Shown: positions 18,351 through 27,014 of the stretch, in pieces | Position numbering within the stretch: position 1 is the first letter of the stretch | How the letters are laid out: each line of letters opens with the position of its first letter | NCBI GenBank assembly: GCA_022781445.1 | Contig: JALETQ010000018.1 | Span: 323 to 64,322, forward strand | Length of the DNA stretch: 64,000 nt | Direction: 5' to 3' | Source of the DNA: Prevotella sp. | GTDB lineage: Bacteria > Bacteroidota > Bacteroidia > Bacteroidales > Bacteroidaceae | Notes under the pieces: generated by a model | Told to the model about the DNA's origin: nothing | The model's database searches: none | What the model saw: only the letters and a program-made list of their open reading frames with translations | Translations under genes and position numbers: made by a program

Positions 18351-19561
18351 GGTATGGTTGCTTTGAGAATGTCTATCGGATTATAATTGTCGAGGACGAT
18401 ATGGATGGGGTTATGGGCGGTAAGACCGTATTTTGCAACGGCTTCTTCAAACAGTTCTCGGCTTTGGAGGCTCACCGCGTTCATCACGATGATACCCCCC
18501 GAGGGCATGATGGCGGTCAGTTTGCCGATGATATCGATGAGTTTGCCCCCGTGACCGCCGATGAATGCCGCGTCGGGGATGGGGAAAGTCGATACGTCGG
18601 TGGCCAAAAAGTCGCCGATGACGGCTCTGATGCCCGGTGCATGGAAGCGTCTGGAGTTGGTTTCCATCAGCTCCGCGCCTTCATTTCGGATTTCAAACGA
18701 CACGATGTTGAGGTGTGGAAACTGCAGTTTGGCTTCGATCGACACCGAGCCCGTGCAGAATCCCACGTCCCACATCACGCTTCGTCGTTGCAACTCCAAG
18801 GCTTGGAGCGACAACAGTCGTATGGGCATCTTGGTAATCATGCGCTCCCTGCTGTCGAGCAAGGCAAATTCGTGGTCGGGAATGCCGAAACGGCGACGGT
18901 TCCTTGCTCCCGTTTTTCTCTTGAGAATGAGGTTGTTGGGATGTGAAGCCTCATAAAGAGCCGCCTCTTCGAGCGTCATCCGGGTCACTTTCTCGCACGA
19001 AGGATTGCCGAGATGCTCGCCCACGACCATGTCATAGTCGTCAAATCCGTAGTCGAGCAGGTGCCGGGCAATGGCGGCAGGCGTGTTTTCGCGGTCTGTG
19101 AGTACCCCCATCTTGTCGGTTTGCTCGATGATGGCGCGGTCAAACTCGTGCCACGGGCGGCCGGTCAGCGACACGATGCGCATGTCATGGTAGGGCATGA
19201 CCAGCCGATGTGCCAAGGTTTGCAACGAGTTGAATGCCGGATGAATGCGAATGTCGGCATGGGGCATCTTGCGGCGGATGGTGTTGGCGAAGCCGAAAAA
19301 CAGCGGATCGCCCGAGGCAAAGACCACGATGGATGGTTCACCTTGGTCAAACACCTCTCTGTATTGGTCGAATACGGCATCCAGCGGAACGGTGATGTCT
19401 ATCCATCGGGCTTGCTCCGGCAACTTGTCGCGCATGATTTCGTGGTGACGCCTGCCACCCGAGAACACGCGGGCAGCGTTGATTTCATCGGTGATGTCGG
19501 GCGGAAACCAAGGGTGGGGGGCATCGCTGATGCCGATGACGGTGAAGGAAGAATGATTCAT
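18347..19561 (-). CDS. cbiET: Precorrin-6Y C5,15-methyltransferase (decarboxylating), CbiE-CbiT fusion (CobL-like)
   Basis: 404 aa. The N-terminal tetrapyrrole methylase fold has VFASGDPLFFG. The C-terminal SAM-MTase has DVGFCTGSVSIEA. A 4-nt overlap links it to cbiGF. Confidence 0.85.
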   Translation of the reverse strand: MNHSSFTVIGISDAPHPWFPPDITDEINAARVFSGGRRHHEIMRDKLPEQARWIDITVPLDAVFDQYREVFDQGEPSIVVFASGDPLFFGFANTIRRKMPHADIRIHPAFNSLQTLAHRLVMPYHDMRIVSLTGRPWHEFDRAIIEQTDKMGVLTDRENTPAAIARHLLDYGFDDYDMVVGEHLGNPSCEKVTRMTLEEAALYEASHPNNLILKRKTGARNRRRFGIPDHEFALLDSRERMITKMPIRLLSLQALELQRRSVMWDVGFCTGSVSIEAKLQFPHLNIVSFEIRNEGAELMETNSRRFHAPGIRAVIGDFLATDVSTFPIPDAAFIGGHGGKLIDIIGKLTAIMPSGGIIVMNAVSLQSRELFEEAVAKYGLTAHNPIHIVLDNYNPIDILKATIP

Positions 19562-19670
19562 GGAGTTGATTGTCGTGCGGAAGAACGGGCGAACCGCACG
19601 GGTATCGCTCGTCTTCGCGGGTGGATGGGAGCCGTGCCGGCCTTGTCAAACGGCAACGATTCCGAAGTGT

Positions 19671-21080
19671 TTACAGGTCTCTGCCGGGACGTAATGCCTC
19701 TGCATCGTCATAGCAAAGTACGGCGTTACAGAGCGTTGCGGCAAGGTTGCTGCCTCCCTTTCTGCCCTCCACGATGATTTTGGGTATGTGAACGAAAGGT
19801 TTGGTCATGTGTTTCGACTCACGGACGTGGACAAATCCCACGGGTGCGGCAACGATGCCGGCAGGTCTCGCCTTGCCCTTGCGGATGAGTTCGCACAGCT
19901 CCATGAGTGCCGTCGGGGCATTGCCGAAAGCGAAAAGTGCATCGGGATGCTCTTCGACGGCCAGCCTGATGCCGGCCTGCGTGCGTGTGATGTTTTGCGA
20001 GGCGGCCAGTTCTGCCACGCGTTCGTCGGCCAGATAGCATTTCGCGTCGATGCCCAATCGTTCCAAAGCACCTTTGCGGATGCCGCTCCTGACCATGGTC
20101 ACATCGGTCACGATGGTTTTCAGCGAGCCGTCTTTTACCTTATTATATAATCTTTCGACTGCCTTGTCGTCGGTGTGCAGAATGTTTTCCATGTCAAAAT
20201 CGGCGGTGGTGTGGATGGCATGGAGCAAGGCCCATTTGTGATCGAGGGGATAATCGTGGCGTGACAGTTCCTTCTCGATGGTCCTGAAGCTCTCGATCAT
20301 GATGCTCTGTCCGGGCTTTTCGCCCTCACCGGCGGCCTCGTTGTAGTATCCGCGCGGGGTAATCATCTTGCCGTTGCGGATGAATGTCTGCGAGTTTCCG
20401 ATGATGACAACCGTAAACATGTCGGTGTCTTCGGGGTCGAAGTCGGCAAGTGAAGTAATCTTCACTTCCTGTTCGTCGCGTCCCGCCTGACGGACGTAGC
20501 CCACGGGCGTGCTTTCGGCTCTGCCGTTTTGCAGCAACAGCTCTTTCATGCGGCACAACTGCCAGTAGCGGCCGTGGCTCTTGGGGTTGTAGACCGCTGT
20601 GATGAAGTCGCCGACGGCAGCGGCCGTGATGCGTTTTTCGATTCTTTCCCAAGGTGTCATGAGGTCGCTGAGCGAGATGATGCACAGGTCGTGACCGATG
20701 GGTGCGCCCAGCAGTGAGGCCGCTTTTTGGAAAGCCGAGATGCCCGGCAGGCAGATGATCTCGACATCGGTACCCCTTTCCTCTGCCATTTCGAAGATGA
20801 GGGGAGCCATGCCGTATATGCCGGCATCGCCCGAGCTGATCACTGCCACGCACTTTCCGCCTTCAGCCTGCTCGAAAGCCTGCCTTGCGCGGTCGCGCTC
20901 GCGGGTCATTCCCGTTGCCACCTGTTCGGCTTCGGGCTTCATGTAAGTTTCGATGAATTGGAAGTAATACTTGTATCCCACCACGACATCTGCCTCTCTG
21001 ATGGCTTCGATGGCAGCGGGGGTGATGTCTTCCCTGCTGCCCGGTCCGATGCCGACAATGGTTATCTTTGATTTTTTCAT
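19671..21080 (-). CDS. cbiHC: Fused precorrin-3B/cobalt-factor-III C17-methyltransferase (CbiH) and precorrin-8X methylmutase (CbiC)
   Basis: 469 aa. The N-terminus KITIVGIGPGSREDITPAA...SSGDAGIYGMA...PGISAF is CbiH-type. The C-terminal part, about 200 aa, HTTADFD...FGNAPTAL...GGS is CbiC-type. Confidence 0.85.
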   Translation of the reverse strand: MKKSKITIVGIGPGSREDITPAAIEAIREADVVVGYKYYFQFIETYMKPEAEQVATGMTRERDRARQAFEQAEGGKCVAVISSGDAGIYGMAPLIFEMAEERGTDVEIICLPGISAFQKAASLLGAPIGHDLCIISLSDLMTPWERIEKRITAAAVGDFITAVYNPKSHGRYWQLCRMKELLLQNGRAESTPVGYVRQAGRDEQEVKITSLADFDPEDTDMFTVVIIGNSQTFIRNGKMITPRGYYNEAAGEGEKPGQSIMIESFRTIEKELSRHDYPLDHKWALLHAIHTTADFDMENILHTDDKAVERLYNKVKDGSLKTIVTDVTMVRSGIRKGALERLGIDAKCYLADERVAELAASQNITRTQAGIRLAVEEHPDALFAFGNAPTALMELCELIRKGKARPAGIVAAPVGFVHVRESKHMTKPFVHIPKIIVEGRKGGSNLAATLCNAVLCYDDAEALRPGRDL

Positions 21081-21117
21081 GTGAATCGGGTTTTATATAA
21101 CCATGCAAAGGTAGTCA

Positions 21118-21245
21118 TTTTCTGCCGTTTGCAGGTGCTGTTTGTCATGTTTTTTGATTGGATTCCACCGTGTTCTCTCCGCCTTCTTGCACCGATGACC
21201 CACGGTTCGGGAGCGTCGGATTCCCATGGTTCCGACAACCGTTTT
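21118..21245 (-). promoter_or_regulatory. Candidate divergent cobalamin riboswitch in the cbiHC leader
   Basis: The minus-strand RNA contains GGAACCAUGGGAAUCCGACGCUCCCGAACCGUGGG (compare GGUG.AA.UCC...CCCGC..CUGU), AGAAGGCG (compare GGGAAGG) and GACAAACAGCACCUGCAAACGG (partial B12 box ..CAG.A.ACCUGCC), ending 40 nt before the ATG at 21080. GCCACUG is missing and a second GGUGGAAUCC is present, so the assignment is tentative. Confidence 0.4.
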
Positions 21246-21327
21246 TCAAAACCTGCCCTTTCGCCTTTCAAAACCTGCCCTTTTGTTGGCTGAAAGTTGC
21301 CCTTTAACTTCACAAAACTTACCCTTT
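21245..21327. repeat. Three copies of a 17-bp motif (TTCAAAACCTGCCCTTT x2, CACAAAACTTACCCTTT) at 22- and 44-bp spacing
   Basis: Copies at 21245..21261, 21267..21283 and 21311..21327, immediately upstream of the candidate cbi riboswitch. Confidence 0.7.
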
Positions 21328-21569
21328 TGTCCTAACATCAGTTCGGGCTGACGACGGTTTCGTTTCGATATTGGTGTATGTTGTTATATATATGGTTGTT
21401 GGGTGGTTGTCAAATTTGTCTTTGCTTTGCCCGTTCCTGCTTGTCGTTTTGTGACCCTCGCAACGATATTCCTCTCCGAATGGTGAAGTCAAGCGTGCTT
21501 AATAAGTTAATAAATATAAAACAATTGCGTTTTATTTCGCATTTATTTGGTTTATGATATAAACTACAT

Positions 21570-21577
21570 TATATTTG
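21570..21577 (+). promoter_or_regulatory. -7 box TATATTTG facing the duplicated membrane-protein gene
   Basis: TATATTTGCAA on the plus strand, about 105 nt upstream of duplication copy 1. Confidence 0.4.
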
Positions 21578-21674
21578 CAACCGTAATCGATCATGAAGCC
21601 GAAGCTTGTCGATGGCACTGGCGGTCGGCACGTTCGTCCTCACGGGATATGGGGAAGCGCGCATCCGGTATGGC

Positions 21675-22289
21675 GGCAGAGGACGATCAATGACGGCCGA
21701 TAAAGAAGCGGCCGTCAGCAACAGGATCAGTAAACTTAAAAAATTGCAGAACAAATGGAAACAACCAATGAAATGACTGCCGGGCGCAGTCTTGAAATTA
21801 TCAGTCGAACCATCGGGCAAAGTCGTCGCTCGATGAAAAGAATGCAGGTATGCCGATGGTGATATGGAGCTTGCCGGTGGCACTCACAGTCTTGACCGTG
21901 AGTCATCTTTGGCAGCACAATGGCGGCCCGGTATGGAATTTTTTGTGGGGCGTGTTTTGGATCTTCGGAATGATTGCCGAGGCAGAGGATGATCAATGAC
22001 GGCCGATGAAGAAGCGGCTGTCGGCAAACAAGAATAGTAAACTTAAAAAATTGCAGAACAAATGGAAACAACCAATGAAATGACTGCCGAGCGCAGTCTT
22101 GAAATTATCAGTCGAACCATCGAGCAAAGTCGTCGCTCGATGGAAAAGAATGCAGGTATGCCGATGGTGATATGGGGCGTGCTGGTGGCACTCACAGCCT
22201 TGATTGTGGGTCATCTTTGGCAGCACAATGGCGGCCCGGTATGGAATTTTTTGTGGGGCGTGTTTTGGATCTTCGGAATGATTGCCGAG
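21675..22289. repeat. Tandem duplication, 307 + 308 bp, diverged by roughly 20 substitutions plus a 1-bp indel
   Basis: Copy 1 is 21675..21981 and copy 2 is 21982..22289. Each starts GCAGAGGA(C/T)GATCAATGACGGCCGAT and ends GGAATGATTGCCGAG. Each contains 80 bp of upstream sequence plus the first 228 bp of the METTNEMTA... ORF. Confidence 0.9.
21755..21981 (+). pseudogene. Frameshifted 5-prime fragment (duplicate) of the downstream membrane-protein gene
   Basis: ATG at 21755 encodes METTNEMTAGRSLEIISRTIGQSRRSM. A 1-bp deletion (GATG-AAAAG versus GATGGAAAAG in copy 2) then shifts the frame into a TGA after about 34 codons. Confidence 0.6.
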
Positions 22290-22703
22290 AAACTGCTCGT
22301 CCGTCATAAAGAAAAAGTACCCGTTTCGTTCGTCGGCAAGACCATCTCTCACGTGTGGCTCACGTTCGGAATCTTCTGTATGTTCATCGGTTTGGGACTC
22401 GGTCTCGTGGCGGGCGGTTTCTTTCACCTGCCCATATCTGTTCCCCATACCCGTCTCTTTGTGCCTGTCACGTCTTTCATCATTGCCATGTTCGGTCTGG
22501 GCAGTGCAATCACCGGATTCATCTTGCGCAACTACTGGATCGTGGGTTGCGGCTTGGTGAGCGGCGTCATAGGCTTCTATGTTGCCTTGATCTGTCCCGG
22601 AGCCTCCCAAATGGTGGTGCTTGCCTGCGTGTCGGTGGTGGGACTGGTCATTCCGGGTATCATCGTCAATCTTCAAACGCATTCGTCATGTTCAAATCTT
22701 TAG
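22062..22703 (+). CDS. Integral membrane protein of unknown function (partner of the downstream wHTH regulator)
   Basis: 213 aa with about 5 hydrophobic helices. It overlaps the start of the regulator gene by 16 nt. Confidence 0.6.
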   Translation: METTNEMTAERSLEIISRTIEQSRRSMEKNAGMPMVIWGVLVALTALIVGHLWQHNGGPVWNFLWGVFWIFGMIAEKLLVRHKEKVPVSFVGKTISHVWLTFGIFCMFIGLGLGLVAGGFFHLPISVPHTRLFVPVTSFIIAMFGLGSAITGFILRNYWIVGCGLVSGVIGFYVALICPGASQMVVLACVSVVGLVIPGIIVNLQTHSSCSNL

Positions 22704-22981
22704 ACCCTTTGCTTCACAGTGAGCTTCGTTTGGCGGTGATGTCGTTGCTTCTCGATACCGAGGAAGCCGACTTCGTGTATCTCAAGGAGCAGACGAAAGC
22801 CACGGCAGGCAATCTCAGTGTGCAGCTCGACAAACTGTCGGCGGCGGGCTATATCACGGTCGCCAAGACCTTCAGCGGCAAGAAACCGCGTACCGTCTGT
22901 CGCATCACGTCCGAAGGATTTGCCGCATTTGAACAATATGTCGAGGCTTTGAAAACCTATCTTGTACACGACAAGAAATAG
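22688..22981 (+). CDS. Small winged-helix transcriptional regulator
   Basis: 97 aa from the ATG at 22688: MFKSLDPLLHSELRLAVMSLLLDTEEADFVYLKEQTKATAGNLSVQLDKLSAAGYI... This is a typical wHTH pattern. The track ORF starting at 22355 is an out-of-gene extension. Confidence 0.7.
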   Translation: MFKSLDPLLHSELRLAVMSLLLDTEEADFVYLKEQTKATAGNLSVQLDKLSAAGYITVAKTFSGKKPRTVCRITSEGFAAFEQYVEALKTYLVHDKK

Positions 22982-23036
22982 AAAGGTGCGGCAGATTGCT
23001 TCGGCCGGCTCGCCTTCGACCATCCGTTCTTTCTGT

Positions 23037-23120
23037 CGGGGAACATCTTTGTCCGGTAGTCCGAGGTCGCTTGCCGACCGGACGACAAGCGGGGCAGGAT
23101 GTTCCCCGATGGTTTTCTTT
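23037..23120 (+). terminator. Nested hairpin between convergent genes (regulator gene and btuC-like gene)
   Basis: Outer stem CGGGGAACATC (23037..23047) with GATGTTCCCCG (23098..23108). Inner stem GTCCGGT/ACCGGAC. Followed by GGTTTTCTTTCC. Confidence 0.45.
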
Positions 23121-23140
23121 CCGTCGGTCGACGGAGACGG

Positions 23141-24181
23141 TCATTCGCGGAAATCGTCCTTGCGCCTTCTGAACAGCACCGAGGCAATGATGGGGGCACC
23201 CACGAGGGCGGTCACGCTGTTGACCGGTAAGGCTCCGTCGAATCCCGGCATACGGGCGAGGAGGTTGCACAGCAATGCCAGCGACGTGCCTACGAGCATG
23301 GTGCCCGGCAAAAGGATGCGATGATCCGACGTTCTGAACAGCGCACGGGCGAGATGAGGCACAGCCAGACCGATGAACATCACCGGGCCGCAGTAGGCGG
23401 TAACGATGGCTACGAGGATGCCCGAGCTGCCGATGACCATCCAGCGGGCGCGCCTGAGGTTCAGGCCGAGGTTGCGTGCATAGGCATCTCCCAGCAAAAG
23501 GAGGTTCAGCATCTTCACGGTGAGCATGCTCAACGGCAGCAGCACAACCAGCATCAGGACGATGAAGAGAATCATCTGGTCGCCCGATACCCTCGAAAAA
23601 CTGCCCAGTCCCCACACGACGTATGCCTTGACATCTTCCTCGGAGCTGAAAAACTTGAGGACACCGATGACGGCATTGGCCAAATAGCCTATCATCACAC
23701 CGATGATGAGCAGCGTGACATTGCCCTTCACCTTGCTCGAAATGTAGACGATGAGTGCCAGAATGGCAAACGAACCGCCCACGGCGGCTATCGAAATGGC
23801 TGCATCGCCAAGGTAACCGAGCTTGCTGAGCGTGACACCACCCAGCGAACCCGACAGCAAGACGACGAACGCCACGCCGAGGCAGGCTCCGTTGGAAATG
23901 CCGAGTACCGACGGTCCGGCCAGCGGATTGCGGAAGAAAGTCTGCATTTGCAGTCCGCTCACCGCCAGTCCGGCACCGGCTGCCACGGCTGTAAGGGCCT
24001 GCGGCACCCTCGAAGAGAGGATGATGTTGCTCCAAACCTCATTGTCGTGATAGATTCCCATCAGGATGCGACACACGACAGTGGCGGGAATGGAGATGGT
24101 GCCGAGCAGTAAGTTGAGTACAAACAACACGACCGTCGAGACGGCGAGCAGGATAAATAAAGGAAAGAAGCGCACGCTCAT
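23141..24181 (-). CDS. FecCD/BtuC-family ABC transporter permease
   Basis: 346 aa, about 9-10 TM helices, FecCD-type sequence (LLLGTISIP..., GVALSGLQMQ-like region, LPVNSVTALVGAPI). A 4-nt overlap links it to the upstream binding-protein gene. Confidence 0.85.
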   Translation of the reverse strand: MSVRFFPLFILLAVSTVVLFVLNLLLGTISIPATVVCRILMGIYHDNEVWSNIILSSRVPQALTAVAAGAGLAVSGLQMQTFFRNPLAGPSVLGISNGACLGVAFVVLLSGSLGGVTLSKLGYLGDAAISIAAVGGSFAILALIVYISSKVKGNVTLLIIGVMIGYLANAVIGVLKFFSSEEDVKAYVVWGLGSFSRVSGDQMILFIVLMLVVLLPLSMLTVKMLNLLLLGDAYARNLGLNLRRARWMVIGSSGILVAIVTAYCGPVMFIGLAVPHLARALFRTSDHRILLPGTMLVGTSLALLCNLLARMPGFDGALPVNSVTALVGAPIIASVLFRRRKDDFRE

Positions 24182-25401
24182 TTCATTAAATGGTAGTACT
24201 TCGGACGGTAATCGCGCGGCATGACTTCGGGATGGAAGATGAATACCAAGTCGGCGAGCAGCGCATCGGGTTCGACGGGCGACGATTCGTAATAGGGAGT
24301 GTACTTCATGTTGCAGTAGATGACCCCTTTCTTCTTGAAAGCGTCGAAGAGGGCATAGCGCGGTTCGGCACTTTTCAGAGCCTCGTAGCTGAACTTCCCG
24401 GGATACGAATTGAGTATTCGCCAGTAGTCGGCATGAGCTGCTGCTGCATAAAGGGCTTCAAATTCCATCTGAATCGTTCCGGTGTTGTGGTCGCTGATGA
24501 CGTAGTTGGCACCGGCATCGCGGAAGATCTGGGCGAGGAAATTCTGCGAACCGATGGCCGACCAGTTGCCTCCGTGCATCTCTCCGCTGAAAATCGTGGG
24601 ACGGTTGGTGGTGGCTTTCACTTGCTCCTTGAGGTTGTTGTAACGTTCTTCTATGGCTTTGAAACGGCTGTTGGCTTCTTTCTCCTTGCCGACGAACATG
24701 CCTACGAGCTTTAACCATTCGGCCTGGCCGAGCGGATGCAGCTCTTTACTGCCCAGATGGGGAATGAGCGTGATGCCCGTTTCTTTCAAAACGTCATATC
24801 CTCCGCGCTTGAACGGCGAGATGAAGATGACGTCGGGCTGTGCTGCCATGATGAGTTCGGGGTCGCAGTTGCCTTCCATGCCAATCTTGACGATGCCCCC
24901 CCGTTTCACACCTTCGAGGATTTCCTTGTTGAAAAGGTTCTTCGTTCCGGTGATGCCCTTCACCACATCGAGTGAATGGAGGGCGGTGAAGTTCGACAAT
25001 TGGATGGCGGTCATGACGATGGTGCGCCTGATGGGCACTTCCACCCGGGTGTATCCGGCAGGCACTTCTGCCTTGACGCCGCGCGGAACGAGGGCAAAGC
25101 GGTAGTTGTCGGCCATGTAATTGGACTTGATGGTGCCTTTTTTGTTTTCCGTCGGAGTACCGTCTTTCTTATGGTGTCGCTTGACGTGCTTCTGCGGGTC
25201 GGCTATTTCGACCAGCCGGACACCGTTGTCGAGGTATTTCACTTTGAAGCCTTGTGCGTAGACCGGGGCGATGCGGGCTGCCGAATCCATGATGGCCGCC
25301 ACGTCGGCTTTACCTTCAGCTCCCTTGTCGGCACTGTGTCGGCAGGCCGTCGTGCCCAGCAGAAGGGCTGTCGAGAGCAGAGTGAGAATGATTTTCTTCA
25401 T
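24178..25401 (-). CDS. BtuF/FhuD-type periplasmic substrate-binding lipoprotein of an ABC importer
   Basis: Start taken at MKKIILTLLSTALLLGTTAC (lipobox, ATG 25401); 407 aa. Cluster-A SBP features: RIVMTAIQL...LD.VKGITG, PDVIFISPF. Confidence 0.8.
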   Translation of the reverse strand: MKKIILTLLSTALLLGTTACRHSADKGAEGKADVAAIMDSAARIAPVYAQGFKVKYLDNGVRLVEIADPQKHVKRHHKKDGTPTENKKGTIKSNYMADNYRFALVPRGVKAEVPAGYTRVEVPIRRTIVMTAIQLSNFTALHSLDVVKGITGTKNLFNKEILEGVKRGGIVKIGMEGNCDPELIMAAQPDVIFISPFKRGGYDVLKETGITLIPHLGSKELHPLGQAEWLKLVGMFVGKEKEANSRFKAIEERYNNLKEQVKATTNRPTIFSGEMHGGNWSAIGSQNFLAQIFRDAGANYVISDHNTGTIQMEFEALYAAAAHADYWRILNSYPGKFSYEALKSAEPRYALFDAFKKKGVIYCNMKYTPYYESSPVEPDALLADLVFIFHPEVMPRDYRPKYYHLMK

Positions 25402-25411
25402 GATGAGTAGG

Positions 25412-26893
25412 TTAATGTGTGGATGATTGTCTGTTTTTCCGAAAGCGTTTGCCGACTTTTCGCCGCAGGTATTTCCACCCCAAGACGGTGCCTGTGAGGG
25501 TGACGACGGCACCTCCGATGCACAAAATCCAGATGACGACCGTCCAAAGCACGGGGCGCGACGTGAGAAAATGGATGTTCAGGTAATGTATTCCGCTGAA
25601 TACCCATTTGCGGACACGCTTGTTGTTGTCGAACATACGGGTGCTGCCGTTCTTCGGATTGACATAATACGTGGTATGGTCTTCATCGTTTACATCGATG
25701 CGATACACCGGCAAGGCCATCATGCCGTGGCGAGACAGATAGTAGTTGTCGTAATCGTGCATCAACTCTACGGCCATCGTGGTTTGCGGTCCGTGCAGAC
25801 GCTTGACGTTATCCATGATGAGTTGCTTGTCGAGCGACAGCTCTTTGGGCTGTGAACCCCTTGCGTCGATGTAACGTTCTTTCTTGCCTTCGGCGATGAT
25901 ATACACCGGAATGGTGTCCACACCCGACCATTCGACCGACTTCAAGTCGGGATAGGCCGAGCGCAACTGGCGGTAGTCCAGCCGGTATTCGTTCAGCGGC
26001 CGCATGGATTGAACCAGCAAATCCTCGTCGGAATCCTTGTGAACGGCTTTCACCGGTACCAGCCAACGGGGAATTTTCTGCATGGCCATCATGCCGCTCA
26101 GTCCCCATGCGATGACAAAAATGCCGAAGACAAGCCCGAACCAATAGTGCCATCGGTGGGAAAAGGTCTTGTAGGGACATCCTCCCCGGCGGTTGCGGCG
26201 ACGGTGTCTGAGCCATATCGAGATGCCCACATACAACCCGCTGAGGGCTGCCAGCAGACAAAAGGCGCCTCCGACGGTGATGGTCCACTTCCACACGTCG
26301 GCATCTTTGCGGATGAACGGGAAGTATAGTTTATGCGGAATGGCCCCCACCCATGCCCACATACGTTGCGAACGGGTGGTGGACTGCAGCACTTCGGCGG
26401 TGCGCGACGACACGAATATCTGATGTCTTTCGTCGTCGTCGAAGCTGAAACGGTAAATGGGCAGCTCCCTTTCGTAGCGGCTGTAGAGTACCCATTGCGC
26501 CCTTTCGCGGAGCGTGTCGACGGCCATGATGTTGCCTTTGCTCCATCGGCGGGCCTCGTTTTCGGCAAGGGCGAAGTCGACCGGCAACGGACGAAGGGCC
26601 GTGTCGGCACAGAAGGTATAGGACGAGTCGCCCTTGGCAACGCTGAACACAGCCCTGCCACCCTTCATCGACAGCGAGAGCCGGGTACAGGTGTCGGGCA
26701 AGTGCGACGACAAGCCGGCTATATCGGGCAGCGATGCAGGCAGGACTTCGAGGTGACTTCTCAGGTCGCGATCCGAAACTTTGGGATAATCATGGTATAG
26801 AAGTACCAATCCCGTGACAAACCACATGAAGAACAAGGCGGCTGCCGCGACACCGGTGATGCGGTGAAGGCTACTCATGAATCGTTTGAACAT
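25412..26893 (-). CDS. PepSY-associated TM-helix protein (PiuB/FoxB-like)
   Basis: 493 aa. N-terminus LHRITGVAAAALFFMWFVTGLVL, further HKL/HRW-containing TM helices and large periplasmic loops, typical of the PepSY_TM family. Confidence 0.8.
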   Translation of the reverse strand: MFKRFMSSLHRITGVAAAALFFMWFVTGLVLLYHDYPKVSDRDLRSHLEVLPASLPDIAGLSSHLPDTCTRLSLSMKGGRAVFSVAKGDSSYTFCADTALRPLPVDFALAENEARRWSKGNIMAVDTLRERAQWVLYSRYERELPIYRFSFDDDERHQIFVSSRTAEVLQSTTRSQRMWAWVGAIPHKLYFPFIRKDADVWKWTITVGGAFCLLAALSGLYVGISIWLRHRRRNRRGGCPYKTFSHRWHYWFGLVFGIFVIAWGLSGMMAMQKIPRWLVPVKAVHKDSDEDLLVQSMRPLNEYRLDYRQLRSAYPDLKSVEWSGVDTIPVYIIAEGKKERYIDARGSQPKELSLDKQLIMDNVKRLHGPQTTMAVELMHDYDNYYLSRHGMMALPVYRIDVNDEDHTTYYVNPKNGSTRMFDNNKRVRKWVFSGIHYLNIHFLTSRPVLWTVVIWILCIGGAVVTLTGTVLGWKYLRRKVGKRFRKNRQSSTH

Positions 26894-27014
26894 ATATTAC
26901 GATGGCTGAACGGATGAAAAATGACGGGGTGTTTCGTTGTGAACGATGATGTGACGAAAGGAAAGAAAGGAAGCGACACCCCAGGGGGCATCCCTTCCTT
27001 CCGAACCTTTGATT

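Noticed and set aside
21675-22289. Possible DGR template/variable repeat pair
   Set aside because: Differences between the copies include C/T, G/A and T/G changes and an indel, with no adenine-specific pattern. No reverse transcriptase gene is nearby.
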